Shown here piece by piece: positions 36,340-49,059 of a stretch of 64,000 bases of DNA (the stretch's first letter is position 1; the number at the start of each line of letters is the position of its first letter). The notes below the pieces were generated by a model. The model was not told the DNA's origin. It saw nothing but the letters and a program-made list of their open reading frames with translations, and made no database searches. A program made the position numbers and the translations under genes. The DNA comes from Mobula hypostoma (Eukaryota): positions 123,196,001 to 123,260,000 of the forward strand of contig NC_086097.1 of NCBI RefSeq assembly GCF_963921235.1, in the 5' to 3' direction.

Positions 36340-36840
36340 GTGGGTGTGCCCTGTTGGTGATACTTGTGAGCTGCCCAATGCAAGCTTTGCTGATTTGATC
36401 TGATGGAGAGTGACACATTCCATGTACATGTGACAAATAAAGCTAACCTCTGGTGGCACAGTCGCATAACAATTAGCACAATACCTTTCCAGCCGATCTG
36501 GGTTCGATTCTTGCTGCCGTCTGAAAGGTGTTTGTCCGCATGGGTTTCCTCCAGATGTTACAATTCCCTCACACATTCCCGAGACGTACGGGTTAGGGTT
36601 AGCAAGTTGTGGGCACGCTAGGGTGGCACATCAGCCCGACGGTTAGTGTAACGCTATTACAGCAGCGGCAAGCGGGGATCAATTCCTGCCGCTGTCTGTA
36701 AGGAGCTTGTGTAATCTCTGTGTCCACATGGGTTTCATCAGGGCGCCCCAGATATCTCTCATGTTCCAAAGATGTATGGGTTAGCACATTAATTGGTCAC
36801 AGGGGAATAATTTGTGGTGCAGGTGTGCTGTATCTCTACT
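36340..36840 (+). mobile_element. Tandem/nested cluster of three V-SINE pieces
   Basis: Tail at about 36340-36450; heads with B boxes gggttcgattc (about 36500) and gggatcaattcc (about 36676), each followed by a V core. Confidence 0.75.
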
Positions 36841-37489
36841 TTTAAGTCTTAAAGCAGTACATTTGGATTATACAAAGAATGTGGGTTGAAGAGCCCATTC
36901 CCATGCAGATTGACTCTATGACTCTTAAATCCAAGAAACGACTGATTCTCCCTCTCATTTTGCTGAAATTCCCACCTTAAGACCAATTTATGTGTATTTA
37001 AGCAAAGCACAAGTCCTGTTCTTGAAGATTGGGATACTGATAATTAACACAGAAACGAGAGTTAAGTGATGTGACTGTGCTTTTTGTGTCCGTCTCATAT
37101 TAGTTATTCACCTACTGGCAACAATTAAGATCCGAGTTAAATGGAAACAGGTGTCTGAATGTATCTCTCAATAAAAATAAAATATCCAGGTTGTCCTTGT
37201 ACTGGAGAACGCTGCAGAGTGGTGTCCAGTGTCATTTACATTTTCCCTCTGAAACTCCAAGTTCACAATAGTTCTTCAATGAACAGAGGCACCAGTTTCC
37301 TTGAGCACCAGAGTTTCATCCTCCTGATCGATGGTGCAACCTTTATATGTGACAGTAATAATGCAGGATCAATCACTGCGTTTTATACAACACAGCAAAA
37401 AAAAACCTGCTTCTACAAAGAGATGAGTCTATCATGATAAAGCTTCAGCTATTTCAGTGTAAGTGATTGATGAAGACCAGGAAGAAAAC

Positions 37490-37950
37490 CATAAGACCAG
37501 AAGACATAGAAACAGAATTAGGCCATTCAGCCCATCGAATCTGCTCTGCCATTCCATCATGGCTGATTTATTATCCCTCTCAACCCCATTCTGCTGCCTT
37601 CTCCCCATAAACTTTGATGCCCTTACTAATCAAGACCCTATCAAACTCTGCTTTAAATATACTAAATGACTTGGACACCATAACTCACTATGGCAATGAA
37701 GTCCACAGATTTACCACCCTCTGACGAAAGAAATTCCTCTTCATCTTTTTTCTAAAGGGATATCCTGTCTTCTGAAGCTTTGCCCTCTGGTTAGAGACTC
37801 ACCCACTATACGAAACATCCTCTCCATGTCCATACTTTCAAGGCCTTTCAATACTTTATACTTTATTCAATATGTTTCAATGAGATCCCCCTCCCCATTT
37901 CTTCTAAACTCCAGCAAGCACAGGCTCAGAGCCATCAAATTCTCCTCCTA
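37490..37950 (-). mobile_element. CR1 3' end
   Basis: accataagaccagaagacatag tail and reverse CR1 C-terminal coding remnant. Confidence 0.82.
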
Positions 37951-39009
37951 CGTTAGATGATTTTAAGGACACATTGAATACATGAAAAAACTGTTAACCA
38001 GTACGTAGCTGATCTTAATGGGCCCGAACTTGCCACGACCAAATCAGCAAGATGATAAGGCACTGTGCAGCATGCTACTAACAAGTCGGTGAAATAACTG
38101 AGAAAACCCCTGACAGGTAGCAAAGCCACATCAAAAGTTTTGCTCTGAAGCACCTAAACTCTCCAAAGACATTAAACAATCAAAATCGTATAATGTTATT
38201 AAAAATGAAAAATAATAAATAAAATCACATCCAAACAATCAAGAACTTCAAAGCAAAGTCATTAAAAAATTAAAACACTTTATACTAACTCTTCTTTCAC
38301 AAAAGCTTTACTCTCCATTCAAACAAAAGGGTATCTTCTTCCTGTGGCAAGTCTAATGTGGCAGAGACTCAGTTGCAGAGGTCTACTGTGGTAAAGACTC
38401 CTTTGCAGTTCACCAGTGTAACTGCTAGGAAACTGCAGAAGTTCCTGCCTAACATTGGATTTTATAAGCTAATTGGGCTCAGCTGGTTCAGGATTTCTGC
38501 CTTCATGTAAAAAGACAATCTGGAACCACCAGCACTTCCCAACAGGTCTGCTGTTCTTTACAATTGCAAATCCTTACACAATAATTTTAGAGTTGTACAG
38601 GAAGTTAAAATATATTCCTACTTGATTAGCATTTTCAGGTTCTATGAGATCTAAAGGTCTTGGATTAAATGAATTTGGGCCCATTCTGAGGTATCTTTTC
38701 TTGGCCACACCAATGTCAGAGCTCTTCAGGGATATGCCTCAGACACATTTTCAACATTGACTTAAAGAAGTTAAGCTTTATTTAATTCATCAAGTCAGCC
38801 CTGAGAACAACTGGTGTAGATAATTAGTGCCAACATGAATGATGATTGTTAAATTATTCAGCAATGACCCGTACACATGGACAATCTATGCCACCTAGTG
38901 AACTGAGCAGTCCACACACATCTCAAAATCATGCTGAATTGACGTATATTAAATTGTTTGAAAGCAAATACCTTTTTATCAAATACTAAATACATATATA
39001 TTAAGTTAT

Positions 39010-39040
39010 CATTGTACTAAATTCGTCTTAGACACACTAG

Positions 39041-39073
<33 letters not shown>

Positions 39074-39100
39074 CACCTAAGACTTTTGCACAGCACTGTA
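39010..39100. mobile_element. Miniature Tc1-type inverted-repeat element containing a (TA)15 microsatellite
   Basis: Right TIR cctaagacttttgcacagcactg-TA, degenerate left TIR, (TA)15 at 39042-39071; a related piece lies at about 39484-39530. Confidence 0.55.
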
Positions 39101-39615
39101 TTTGTCGAAGTGGATCACAGAGCGAACTTGTGAATCTGGCAGGAACAAAGGATGTTGGAAATGATGAGGCTGAAGCATCACAGGAGAGTTGTTGGAGAGA
39201 AGGAGTGCCAGGTGTAACGGGGGGGGTGGGTGACACAGCTGCAGCCACACCCAGCCTGAGACACCAGGCAAAGCCATTTGTTTCCAAACAACTGGTTTAT
39301 GTATCATTACAGAACACCTTTTTTATGCTTCCTGCCGCCCCCCTCTCCCTTTGCCCTTTCCCAACCATGACCGCCCTTCCCACTCTCAGTCCACAATAGA
39401 GATCCATAACAGGTTTATCATCACTCATATATATTATGAATTGTTTCTGTGGCAATTGCACAGTGCAATACATAAAATTACCGCAGTACTCTGCACAACT
39501 CTGAGGCACCCTGGTTATACTTTTGCACAGAAATATATATTTTATATTATAATGTAATTAATATATTGACACTATATATTATTTAATTGACATTAATTAT
39601 CATTGATATTATATA

Positions 39616-40460
39616 CAAGTTGAGTATCCCTTATCCAAAATACTTGAGGCTGGAAGTGTTTTGGATTTTGGAATACATAATTAGATTACTTGGGATTGTC
39701 AACATTTCCGACTCTGAATTTATGTAGTACCAGTAAGCAATCTTTGTCTCACACTTATTCATCACACATATGTACTTAACAATAAAAATGATAACATACC
39801 ATTAATATAATGAAAATATAATGGGTGCAGGGTAACAAAAGCAGCTCTGCAGCATCAGCAGAATACCTGAATCAGCTGTTGAACAACAAACAACAGCAGG
39901 ATTTCTGTCTCCACTTACAATGCTGAGTTTTGATTAAATGGTTTCAGTACACTGTATTTGTATTTTACTTTTTATCTAAGGTATAAAAAAAATGATTAGT
40001 ATTGTAGATTTGTTCTGGTGTTAGATTTTTATCAGCGACGACATTCACAAACTCATCAATGGATTTCCCTAATGCTTCGTGATCAGCAGACGCTTTATCA
40101 TTTAAAATTAAAATCTTTAAAAATTTAATGCCGCCCCTTTTCTTAAACATCTGCAACCAGCCTGCTGAATATTCACAATTGCCTTCGGTTTTCTTTTCGT
40201 CGTGATAGATCTTTTCTCATTTCACGATCGGCATACCATTAAGTGGCATATGTTCACTCCAATGCTGAAGATATACAATCAAGAACTTCATATTTTGCTT
40301 TATGCAGTGTTTTTCTGCTTTTCATTAACTTCTGTTCATACGCATGTGAGGTCACTTTTCAGGACTGTCTGTGATGTGCAAACACCTGCTCATTGCCTGG
40401 GAATCTTCCCGGTGACTTGTGGAATTTTCCATTTGTGACGCATTGTCAGCACGCAAAAAA
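39616..40460 (-). mobile_element. pogo/Tigger DNA transposon derivative (Tigger4/Zombi, MER46-like)
   Basis: TA-caagttgagtatcccttatccaaaatacttg terminus; transposase remnant GWLQMFKKRGGIKFLKI..DKASADHEA..IDEF..VADKNLTPEQIYN (CENP-B/pogo type). Confidence 0.85.
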
Positions 40461-40934
40461 TATTATACATACAATCAGTGGTCACTTTATTATGTACCTC
40501 CTGTTGCTGGTCTTCTGCTGCTGTAGCCCATCAACTTCAAGGTTTGATGTGCTGTGCATTCAGAAATGCTTTTCTGCACACCACTTTTGTAATATGTGGT
40601 TCTTTGGATTACTGTCACATTCCTGTCAGTTTGAACCAGTCTGGCCATTCTCATCTGATCTCTCTCATTAACAAGGTGTTTTCACCCACAGAACTGCCAC
40701 TCACTGTATATTTTTTTTGATTTTAACACCATTCTCTGTAATCTCAAGAGACTGTAGTATGTGAAAATTCCAGGCGATCACAGTTTCTGAGAGACGCAAA
40801 CCACCCCATTTGGCACCAGTGAACATTCCACAGTCACTTAGATTATATTTCTTCCGCATTCTAATGTTCGGTCTGACCAACAACTGCACCTCTTGAATAT
40901 GTCAGCATGCTTTTATGGACGGAGTTGCTGCCAC

Positions 40935-42550
40935 TTCTAGTCGAGATGGCGCCTGCATACAATGCTCCCTTGGTCGACATCTTCTGGATAGATCATGAAA
41001 CTAGGTTGAGGGGAGGAGAAGATGGTGGCGCGATGCAGCGCACGCAGCTGCTACGAAATGATATCGGTATTTGTTAAGTAGGTACTATGCACAATCCTGA
41101 TTTGATGGAGACAGTCATGAAAAGCACAGAGGAACATCTGGAGAAACTTCTGAAATGCCCGCTTCGCTGCTGCTGCTACTGTGCGATCGAGAATCTCCGG
41201 AGGGGAAGGCCCCAAGTCCTCGGCTTTGCCTATTGCCTATTGCCGGGGCTGGGGTCGAAGCGCTCGGCAGAGATGGTGCTCAGTGTCGGAGGGCTGGTCA
41301 GAGGCTCGAAGTTTTCGGACGGACTCAAGAGTCAGCTGTGATCGGGTGCTTCCAGGGTGCTGCATCGGCAAGTTTGCGGCGCTGAAAGCTCATGGCAGGA
41401 AGAGTTTTTCTTCCTTCTACCGTCTGCGTGAGATGTTGGGGCTTTCAAGAGACTTTGAGACTTTTTTTTTACCGTGCCCATGGTCTGTTCTTTGCACTGT
41501 TGTAACTATATGTTATAATTATGTGGTTTTTGTCAGTTTTTTTAGTCCTGGTTTGTCTTGTGTTTCTGTGATATCATACTGGAGGAACATTGTATCATTT
41601 CTTAATGCATGGATTACTAAATGACAATAAAAGGGGACTGCGTGTCTCATAATCTAATCTAATCTAAACTATATGTTTTAGTTCCTTTACGAATTTTATG
41701 TTTTTGTCTTGGACGTGATTCTGGAAATGTTGGAGCCTGTGATTTGCTGTCTGGAGATCGTTTGGGTGTTTCAGTCCTCTGCAGTCTCCCAGAGGATTCC
41801 AGGAGGCAGAGGTTGTGAGCATGGACAGTCGACAGGACTGGGCACAAGCCGATATTTGACACCATTTTGCCAATTAAAGCAACAAGGGAGATTGAAACAT
41901 CGAGATGAACGTGTAAGTTCAGAAATCATTTGGGCACTTCAGCGCTCTGCAGTCTCCAAGAGGATTCTGGGAGACAGAGGCAACATGCGCAATCCTCAAG
42001 GCCGGCAAGCTGCGGGATAGGGTGCAAACCAATGTTGGACTCAATTTCGCCAATTACAGCTCCCATTGATTGCCAGTTAAAACAACGAAGGAGGTGAATG
42101 AGGAAGGTGACTGCCAGCTGTCTGCCTTTTGATCACTCTGCTACCGAAGAGGAGAAAGCCTGCCACTGTGCCCAGAGAATGTCACCCAGGTGTTCTGCGT
42201 TTTCAATATGGACTTGGACCACAGACTTTTTTCCAGTCTTATAATTTTTTATATTCTGTGTTTCTCGCCCAATCTTTCTCATTTTTTTATACAGGGGAGG
42301 GGGATCTGGGGGTCGATGTGCCTATTCCATTTTGATTGTTCTTTTGTGTGGGGAGGAGGAACTTGGGACTTGATGTGTCTGTTGTGTTTTTGTTCATTTT
42401 TTGTGTGGGAAGGGGGTGTTGGGGAAAGGGGGTGGGGGTTGATGATCACGCTGCCTTTCTTTTCTTTCTTGGTCTTAGGGCTAAGCGGAGAACTGAAGAA
42501 TTTCAAGAGCTGTATACATTGATAATAAATGAACATTTGAACCGATGAAG
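40935..42550 (+). mobile_element. Unclassified non-coding retroposon with a LINE-type 3' end, itself interrupted
   Basis: Precisely interrupts the Tc1 copy; begins ...gagatggcgcc and ends ataataaatgaacatttgaac; no credible ORF. Confidence 0.65.
41004..41665 (+). mobile_element. Unclassified CpG-rich non-coding retroposon with (TAATC)n tail
   Basis: Flanked by aaacta repeats (40998-41003, 41666-41671); starts ggttgaggggaggagaagatggtggcg; aataaa then taatctaatctaatct. Confidence 0.75.
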
Positions 42551-43454
42551 ATGATTGGCTGATTAGATATTTGCATTAACGAGCAAGTGTACAGGTGTAT
42601 TTAATAAAGTAGCTACTGAGTGTAGTTTGAATACGGGAATCATACAGGGTTATTCAGAATCTATTTCTGTGTTCCACTCTGGTAAGGATTCCCCATAGTT
42701 CTGATTGCACTGGGACAGAATTTTGAGTCATCATAAATTATTTGTTTACATTATGAGTATTATTTATTTAAAATAAATATTTGCTTATATTTCTTCATCT
42801 AGGATTCAATAATAGATGAAATAAAGACGTTACAAAAATCTTCTGTGAGATTTTCCTCAAGTGGCAGCTTGTGTTGAGACAGGACTGACACCAAGATGTC
42901 AGGGTCTAAAATATCATGAATTTTTAAAACCAATTCCACATCATTACCTCATTCAAATGAATTACTGATTGTTAACTGTAAATGTATGCAGCCTTGGAGA
43001 ATACACTAATAAAAAATTTAAAACACATAGTTATTGATTAAGATCAACTTTCAGTTTGACAGCATGTCATGAGAAATGTAGCATTTAAAAGTCTAATGAT
43101 TTGGAAGTACATGGAATAAAAATCCCACTGACACAAGTCCTTGCTGTCAGAATAGAGTTGCAAGTGCCTTGACTGTTCTATAGCCAAGAGGGTCAGTGCT
43201 TAGAAAAGTGCAACCCTTGGTTTCAGGTTACTTCAGTTTGGATCAATTTTTATCAAGCATCATTCATTCTATGGCATTACAAGTATAGTATGCAGACAGC
43301 ATAATTTGATACAAGCCATTGGCTAGAGTGAAAATGGAGTCTTGACCACACTGAAATGAGGAGAATCAATTTGAATAGTTCTATTTCTAGAAAGTCCTTC
43401 ACAAATAGAAAGAAAATGAAAGTGAGATAAATGAAAACAAAGTTTATGGAATCA

Positions 43455-43935
43455 ATAGTGATTTCTCTAACTTTCAGTATTTTCTGCCCCCTCTCCCGTC
43501 TCTCTTTTTCAATTTCCCATTCTGGCTCCCCTCCTACCCCTTCTCTTCTCCTCATCTGCCCAACATCTCCCTCTGGTCCCTCCTCATCCTTCCCTTTTAC
43601 CCACGGTCCACTCTCCTCTCTAATCAGATTCCTTCTTCTTCAGCCTTTTAACGATTTCCACCTATTACCTTGCAGCTTCTTACTTCACCCCCTCTCCCAT
43701 CGACCTACTTCTCCCATTACCTGGTCTCACCTATCACCTTCCAGCTGGTGCTCCTTCCCCTCCCACCACCTTCTTATTCTGGTTTCTTACGCCTTCCTTT
43801 CCAATCCTGATGAAGAGTCTCCGTCCAAACTGCCAACTGTTTATTCCCCTCCAGAGATGCTGCCTGACCTCCTGAGTTCCTCCAGGACTTTGTGTGTTGT
43901 TCTGATTTTCCAGTGTCTGCAGAATCTCTTGTGCT
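43455..43935 (+). mobile_element. Penelope-like 3' end (pyrimidine-rich UTR plus pseudo-LTR)
   Basis: Same layout as 20850-21300; degenerate cctgatgaag motif at about 43805. Confidence 0.78.
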
Positions 43936-44027
43936 ATTAATCATTTTATTTCTAATCGTTTTATCTGAGATGCAAAACGAATAATCAGATAAATATGGCA
44001 TAAATACAAAGGGAAAACATCATTTTT

Positions 44028-45240
44028 TTCAAGATTCAAGATTGTTCAATGTCATTTTCAGTACACAAGTGTAAAGGAGAACAAAGTAATTGTTACTCTA
44101 GATCCGATACAGCACAAAAAAACACAATAAGATAAAGAACACAATAATAAAAAACACAATAAATATAAATACATAAGATAGCTTATATACATTGATTGCA
44201 CACTCCCTGGTGAGAAAGGGACAAATAGTCCATGAGCAGGGTGGGTGAGATCCTTCATGATGTTGTTGGCCCTTGTCGAGCATCTTTCTGTATGTATGTC
44301 CTTCATGGCGGTTGACTTGTGCCAGGGATGCATTAGGCAGTTTTGACTACCCGTTGTAGAGCTTTCTTATCCACCGCAATGCAGTTTTCGTATCACGCAG
44401 TGATGCAGCATCTTAGGATACTCTCTATTGCACATCTATAGAATGAAGTGAGTATAGGTGTGCATAGTCCAGCTCTCTTCAGCCTCCCCAGAAAGTAGAG
44501 GTGTTGGTGACCTTTCCTGATCGTGCAGGATGTGTTCTGGGACCATGTGAGGTTGTTCAAAATGTGTACTTGCAGGAGTTCCACTGCTGTGCGACCGACG
44601 TACAGATGGGTGCAACTGGTATGAGTTCTCCTGAAGTCGATAACCATATCTTCTGTTTTGCTGACAGTGAGGAAGAGGATGCTTGCCTGGCACCAGGCCC
44701 CGAACTCTTCCACCTCCTCTCCATAAGCCGCCTTGTTATGGTCGGTGATGAGCACCACCGCTGTTGTATCATCATCGAATTAGACAGTGTGATTACTTCA
44801 GTCACATTCACAGTCGTGTGTGAGCAGAGTGTACAGCAATGGGCTCAGCACACAGCCCTGGGGGGCATCCGTGTTGAGGATGATGGCAAGGGAGGAGCGG
44901 TTGTGCATCCTGACTACCTGAGGTCAGTAGGTTAGGAAGTGTAACCCTGAGTTGCACCGTGGTGCATTTAGACCGAGGAGTAGGAGTTTGTTCACCAACG
45001 TCTGTGGGACAATAGTGTTGAATGCCGAACTGAAATCCAGAAACAGCGTTTGACACGTGTGTCCTTGTTTTCCAGGTGAGTCAGGGCCAGGTGCATGACT
45101 AATGCTCTGGCATCTGTCAAAGAGTGGTTCTGTCAGTAAGCATATTGGTGAGAGTCCAGTATGGCAAGATATCTTGATATGTGCCATTACCAGCTATTCA
45201 AAGCACTTCATGGTGATTGGTGTCTGTACCACTGGGCGGA
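44028..45240 (-). mobile_element. Rex1/Babar-like LINE RT fragment and 3' end
   Basis: LFLDFSSAFNTIVPQTLVNKL; LYFLGRLKRAGL..LTSFYRCAIESIL; (AATCTTG)-type tail. Confidence 0.9.
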
Positions 45241-45334
45241 AACACCAACAACAATCATAGCATATTTATTTAATTTATTTATTTTGATCTCAATAAATTT
45301 GTTTGTTTACTTTTCCTTTAACTTTATAGATTCG

Positions 45335-46155
45335 CCTTATTTGTCACAGGTACATCAAAACTTACAGTAATATTTGTCATTTACATCAAATCAAATCAGC
45401 AAGGATTGTGCTGAGGGCAAAGATTGTCACCCTTCTGGCGCTAATATAGCGTGCCCACAACTCACTAACATTAAACCCTTATGTCTTTGGAATGTGGAAG
45501 AACACCAAAGCAACCAGAGGAAATCCATGCCATCATGCAACCCGGGGAACAACGAATAAACTCCTTATTGACAGCAGCAGAAATTGGACCCCGATCTGTG
45601 ATCACGTTAATCTGATAGGCTAACTACTATGCTACCATGCCAACTTTAATTTCAATGTGCCAAGTAGGATTACAGGCTAAAGTATCTCCTGCATGTCTGA
45701 AGCACACCTTTCTTGCTGGGCTATTTTCTCTCTGAGGTGAATTTCATGTCGTAAAATTATTTTGTCTACCCACCCATCCAGAGAATAACATTGAGTTACC
45801 TGTAAATGAAGTTATAACTATCGGGTGTGAATGTGGCTACTCTTGCTCCATAAGCCAAATTTATAAATACCTCATCCGAATACCCCATAATGTGTGCTGC
45901 CATTTTAATTTCCAGATACAACACAGTGACAGGCCCCTCCTTCCAGCCCAACAAACCCACACCATCTAATTACACAAATTACACACACATAACCTATTAA
46001 CTTACAAACCCGTACGTCTTTGGAAATGTGGAGGGGAGGAACCCAAGCACCCAGAGGATGAAGCCCATATAGTCATGGGGAGAACATACAAACTCCTTAT
46101 TAACGGTGGCAAGAATTGAACCCAGGTCATGGGCATTGTAATATTATTACACTAC
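45335..46155 (-). mobile_element. Two V-domain SINEs (about 45335-45640 and 45915-46155)
   Basis: Reverse V cores and aaactcctta...aattgaaccc heads. Confidence 0.7.
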
Positions 46156-46159
46156 CTAT

Positions 46160-46832
46160 AGGGTCTTTTATGAGACTCTTAGATAGGTACATGGAGCTTA
46201 GAAAAAGAGAGGGCTGTGCAGTAGGCAGTTTCTAGGGTAGGGAAATTCTAGGCACAACATTGTGGGCTGAGGGGCTGGTAATGCGCTGTAGATTTCTATG
46301 TTCTATGTACCGTGCCACCCAATTTCAGTACATTTGTAGAGGGTCCAAAGGAGGCTCACAAAAATTATGCCGGGGATGAAAGGGTTAATGTGTAAAGATT
46401 GTCTGATGACTCTGGGTCCGTATTCACTGGAGTTCAGAAGAATGAGGGGGGATTTCATTGAAACCTATAAAATCTGAAAGTCCTAGATCAAGTGGATGTG
46501 GAGATGATGTTTTCAATAGTGGGAGAGTCTCAGACGAGGAGGCATAGCCTCAAAATTTAAGGATATTTCTTTAGAACAGACATCAGGAGGAATTCCTTCA
46601 GCCAAAAGGTGGTGAAAGTGTGGAATTCATTGTCACATTTGGCTGTGGAGGCCAAGTCATTGGGTCTACTTGAAGTGGAGGGTAATAGGTTCTTGTTTAG
46701 TAAGGACATCAAAAGTTACGAGGAGAAGGCGGGAGAATGGTGTTGAGAGGGAAAATAAATCAGCCGTGATGGAATGGTGGAGCAATGTCGATGGGCTGAA
46801 TGGCCTAATTCTGCTTCCATGCCTTATGATCT
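46160..46832 (+). mobile_element. Two CR1 3' fragments (about 46160-46308 and 46335-46832)
   Basis: (TTCTATG)n tail at about 46293-46308; second piece has EGPK..YSLEFRRMRGDF remnant and a CR1 3' UTR. Confidence 0.82.
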
Positions 46833-47309
46833 ACAGGTGCTAGCCCTCCCTGGAAATCACACACACCAATGAAATTACTATTAGTGAAAAGGAAAATGTA
46901 CTGCTTGTAATGCCAGAAATTTAATAAATCATATCATGGCATTTCAGGATACTCAATCAACAGAGGTGGGATGATTGTCACACCAATAAAGCACGGTACT
47001 CCAAATCTGGGTTTCAAATTTCCTGCTTGCTTTGAAAGAATTCTCAATAACATTGTGCCTTTTATGTTATTAGTATGTCTCAAAGCACTTATTTGACAAT
47101 AAATTACTTTTGAATTGCAGTCAAGTATTGACTTTGCTTGAAACATGTAGCCCCACAGTGCTCTTATAAACAACACAGCCTAATTGATTGTATTGGTAAT
47201 GGAGAACATTATTCTGAATGCCACAGAAGGATTGCTCATGTCTCCTTGAATTCTCAGGATATCATCTTATCCAAACAGTAGACCTTCTGACAATCCTCAG
47301 CACTGTAAA

Positions 47310-47900
47310 ACCATAAGACCTTAAGTCAGTTCTGCCATTCCATCAGGGCTGATTTATCCCCCTCACTTCCATTCTGCTGCCGTCTCTCTGTAACCTTTCA
47401 AACCCTTACTAATCAAGAACCTATCAACCTTCACTTTAAATATACCCAATGATTTCACCTCCACAGCCTTCTGTGGCAATAAATTCCACAGATTCACCAC
47501 CCTCCAGAGAAATTCCTCCTCATCTTTGTTCTGAAGATACATCTTAGTACACTGAGGCTGTGCCGTCTGGTTCTACACTCCCCTACTATAGGAAACATCC
47601 TCTGCATGTCTACTCTATCTGTCAATATATCACAGATTTCGATGAGATTTCTCCCCCCCCCCATCATTCTTCTAAACTCCAGCAAGTACAAAGCTAGAGT
47701 CATCAAACGCTACTATACATTAACCCTTTCATTCCTGGAACCATTCTCATGAGCCTCTCTGGACCCTATCCAATGCCAGCCCATCCTTTCTTTGATCACA
47801 GGCCCAAAACTGCTTACCATGGTCTGACCAATGCCTTATAATGCCTCAAAAATACTGTACATCCTTGCTTATATGTTCTAGTCCTCTCAAAACGAACACT
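47310..47900 (-). mobile_element. CR1 3' fragment
   Basis: LYLLEFRRM..RTRRHSL; HYKALVRP. Confidence 0.82.
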
Positions 47901-47904
47901 AACC

Positions 47905-48370
47905 TCTGGGTGAAAGGGCTTGTGTCCATTTTGGGGCAGCTCACTCACCTTGGACCCCACAGGACACTCAGCTCTCAGCTGTGGCTCTGAGTAGCTGTCT
48001 ACGTGCGACAGCCAGTACACTGCACCCACGAGTGGGATAAACCAGTTGAGGGTAACTGTGGGCCTCATGCCCCGGTGAGATAGGGACATGCCTGTGCTAG
48101 CATACAAGGTCATCTCCAGTGGACTGGGGTGGACCCAGATCAACAGTGTGATCCCAAAGTGGGGAAGGCAGTTCCGCAATGCTTCGTGGAGAGCAAAAGG
48201 CACGGCAAGGCACAGAAGAAGTCATGGTCATCCACTGCAACCACGGAAGACTCCAGTTGTGACGACTACTCTGAACTCGGACTTCCTAGACTGAGAGAGC
48301 AGACCTGCCCAGTGCGATGACTTTTCCGTTTAAATAACTCTCCTGCACAGTTGGTTGTCATTGCCAGATG
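47905..48370. repeat. Unclassified GC-richer repeat-like segment, possibly RTE 5' UTR-derived
   Basis: Abrupt compositional change that truncates the CR1 copy; no convincing ORF. Confidence 0.3.
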
Positions 48371-49059
48371 AGATAGAAAATCAATATATCAATTTCATGA
48401 CATTCTAAATAAGTTTCTAATTTGAGCTCCATCTTTTTCTCTTTTTTGTAGCATTAGTTACTGCAAGGTTGCATTTATTTTAGAGGGTGCTGTTCTTGTG
48501 TTATTGCACTACGTTACAAGACGTTGATGAGTTCTTTTGTATAACCTTAACAGGTGAGTTGATGGTGTATTTGTCCTTCACAGATATTCAATTGAGAAAG
48601 AGAGTTCTGGTGCTCTGCAGTTGGTAGCGCATGTAAAGTCAACCAGAATGACACTGAAAGCTAGGTCTGCTGCTGACAGACATCAATGAAATGTAATATG
48701 TCCCTGGGGTGCAACTCCGTACTAATCCCTCTCTACAAAGATATCACTTCACCCACAGAAATAAACTGGAAGAACACAAAGCTCGGCTGAGGTCATAAAC
48801 TAAACACATTCTGTAAAACCAACAAGGACAAATTTCAACAGGCACTCACTTCATGAAAGGTTACTTGACAAATCCGGCCCCTAATCCTGACTGTGTGCAG
48901 GAGAGGGGGAAGGTGAGCCAGTGGAAACCGGGGTCAACAGTCCCATGGTAACCCTAGTAGAAATTGATATATTGGGATAAATTAAAATTAATTCCACAAC
49001 CCCAATCACTCCATCAAGAAGTCTCAAATGGTGATGAGGAGGCGTACAGGAATGAGATA

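Larger units (their letters stand above)
40470..42624 (-). mobile_element. Non-autonomous Tc1-family element split by a 1.6-kb nested insertion
   Basis: TIR tacaatcagtggtcactttatt at 40470; sequence breaks at gttgctgccac (40934), resumes atgattggctgattag (42551) and runs to TIR aataaagtagctactgagtgta. Confidence 0.88.

Noticed and set aside
41181..41624. 147-aa ORF inside nested element Y
   Set aside because: No recognisable domain; GC-rich sequence gives overlapping open frames in all three phases.
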